In this document: positions 63,373-64,000 of the stretch, one piece after another
Position numbering within the stretch: the first letter of the stretch is position 1
Layout: each line of letters opens with the position of its first letter
Source: a virus
Lineage: Duplodnaviria; Caudoviricetes
Direction: 5' to 3' (one strand)
Virus record (IMG/VR): IMGVR_UViG_3300037484_000435
Location: 128,001-192,000 of that record
DNA: 64,000 nt
Notes under the pieces: generated by a model
What the model was told of the DNA's origin: nothing
The model's database searches: none
Seen by the model: the letters and a program-made list of their open reading frames with translations, nothing else
Position numbers and translations under genes: made by a program

Positions 63373-63397
63373 TTCGTCCTCCTGTTAACTCCAATTA

Positions 63398-64000
63398 TCA
63401 TAATAAACCATCCCTTTTCAAATCATGGGTTTTCGAAGAAATTTGTGTTTTGGAACGACCAAGACCAATCGACATTTCTGACAAAGTTCTCAGTCCAATA
63501 TTTTGCTTCAAGTAATCTACCTCCTCGTTGGTCCAGTATCTCGATTTTATTGACTTAATATAATCATCTAAATCTACTACAAGAAATTTTTCAGCTAGAG
63601 CATACTTTCTATCCATATAAATAGTTGCGAAGTTATACAACCAATTCAAAAATATAACCGCAGTATGTCCCCCATAATGTATAGTTGACAATCTTTTTTT
63701 ATTTAATGTAACATTACAATTATGTGGATAAATTTTTCTAAATTCCTCATTTATGAATTTAATAATAGGATTAGAACCGTTTGCTAAAGTATACCCACCA
63801 ATGAAACAATCTGGGAAATTTTGTGACTTGCCGAATGTAATACAACCATCTCCATCAAAATACCCCCTAATCCAAGAAGCAACTAAGTGTTTAGGAACAG
63901 TTTTAGGTATCTTTGGGTTATAAGTTTTTCTGACAACAATTCCGTGGTATTGTAATTGCGTGGCCAAAAGTGGATCAGCAATACTAAACTCAAACATATC
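63398..64000 (-). CDS. LAGLIDADG homing endonuclease with C-terminal Myb-like repeat; 5' part outside window
   Basis: WIRGYFDGDG (second motif only), WTNEEVDYLKQN; frame open to window edge. Confidence 0.85.
   Translation of the reverse strand, partial: DMFEFSIADPLLATQLQYHGIVVRKTYNPKIPKTVPKHLVASWIRGYFDGDGCITFGKSQNFPDCFIGGYTLANGSNPIIKFINEEFRKIYPHNCNVTLNKKRLSTIHYGGHTAVIFLNWLYNFATIYMDRKYALAEKFLVVDLDDYIKSIKSRYWTNEEVDYLKQNIGLRTLSEMSIGLGRSKTQISSKTHDLKRDGLL

Noticed and set aside
360-63388. All plus-strand ORFs in the track (e.g. 360-854, 909-1205, 3137-3571, 63122-63388)
   Set aside because: They are antisense shadows of clear minus-strand genes, with no SD context or recognisable motifs; 360-1205 overlap the real ClpB-like gene.
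1-64000. Alternative genetic code (stop-codon reassignment), known in some large phages
   Set aside because: Long conserved genes are intact in code 11, and TAA, TAG and TGA all end genes exactly where the next gene starts.
1-64000. tRNA or rRNA genes
   Set aside because: Intergenic gaps are short and the ones I read showed no cloverleaf or T-loop context; the GGTTCGA matches I noticed lie inside coding sequence.

Overview
64 kb segment of a large, probably lytic, dsDNA bacteriophage (jumbo-type; host not identifiable from the sequence). Essentially every real gene is on the minus strand, densely packed, in standard genetic code with GGAGG Shine-Dalgarno sites. Left half (1-33.4 kb): DNA and nucleotide metabolism, with a ClpB-like AAA+ ATPase absent from the ORF track, Rad52/Sak recombinase, dNMP kinase, 5'-nucleotidase, family-4 UDG, ThyX, HD hydrolase, radical SAM, ASCH, AMMECR1, class II RNR NrdJ, family A DNA polymerase, RecB/Cas4-like nuclease and UvrD. 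Right half (33.4-62.3 kb): a large soluble glycan-synthesis island with gmhA/hddA/hddC (GDP-heptose), an RfaE/TagD-like nucleotidyltransferase, an Fcl-like reductase, SDR epimerases, about 7 glycosyltransferases, two methyltransferases and a sulfotransferase. The window is saturated with free-standing selfish nucleases: 9 LAGLIDADG, 5 HNH and one IscB with its omegaRNA. Most notable: (1) an IscB cassette without visible transposon end hairpins whose inferred empty site cleanly rebuilds the UDG 3' end, suggesting an RNA-guided homing endonuclease; (2) a phage heptose/sulfate/O-methyl glycan pathway with no export machinery; (3) several host-like enzymes with lost catalytic residues; (4) a 30-bp promoter-like motif in four copies, and RBS/start-sequestering hairpins before several endonuclease genes. 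No tRNA, rRNA or CRISPR array was seen. All family assignments are by motif recognition, not database search.
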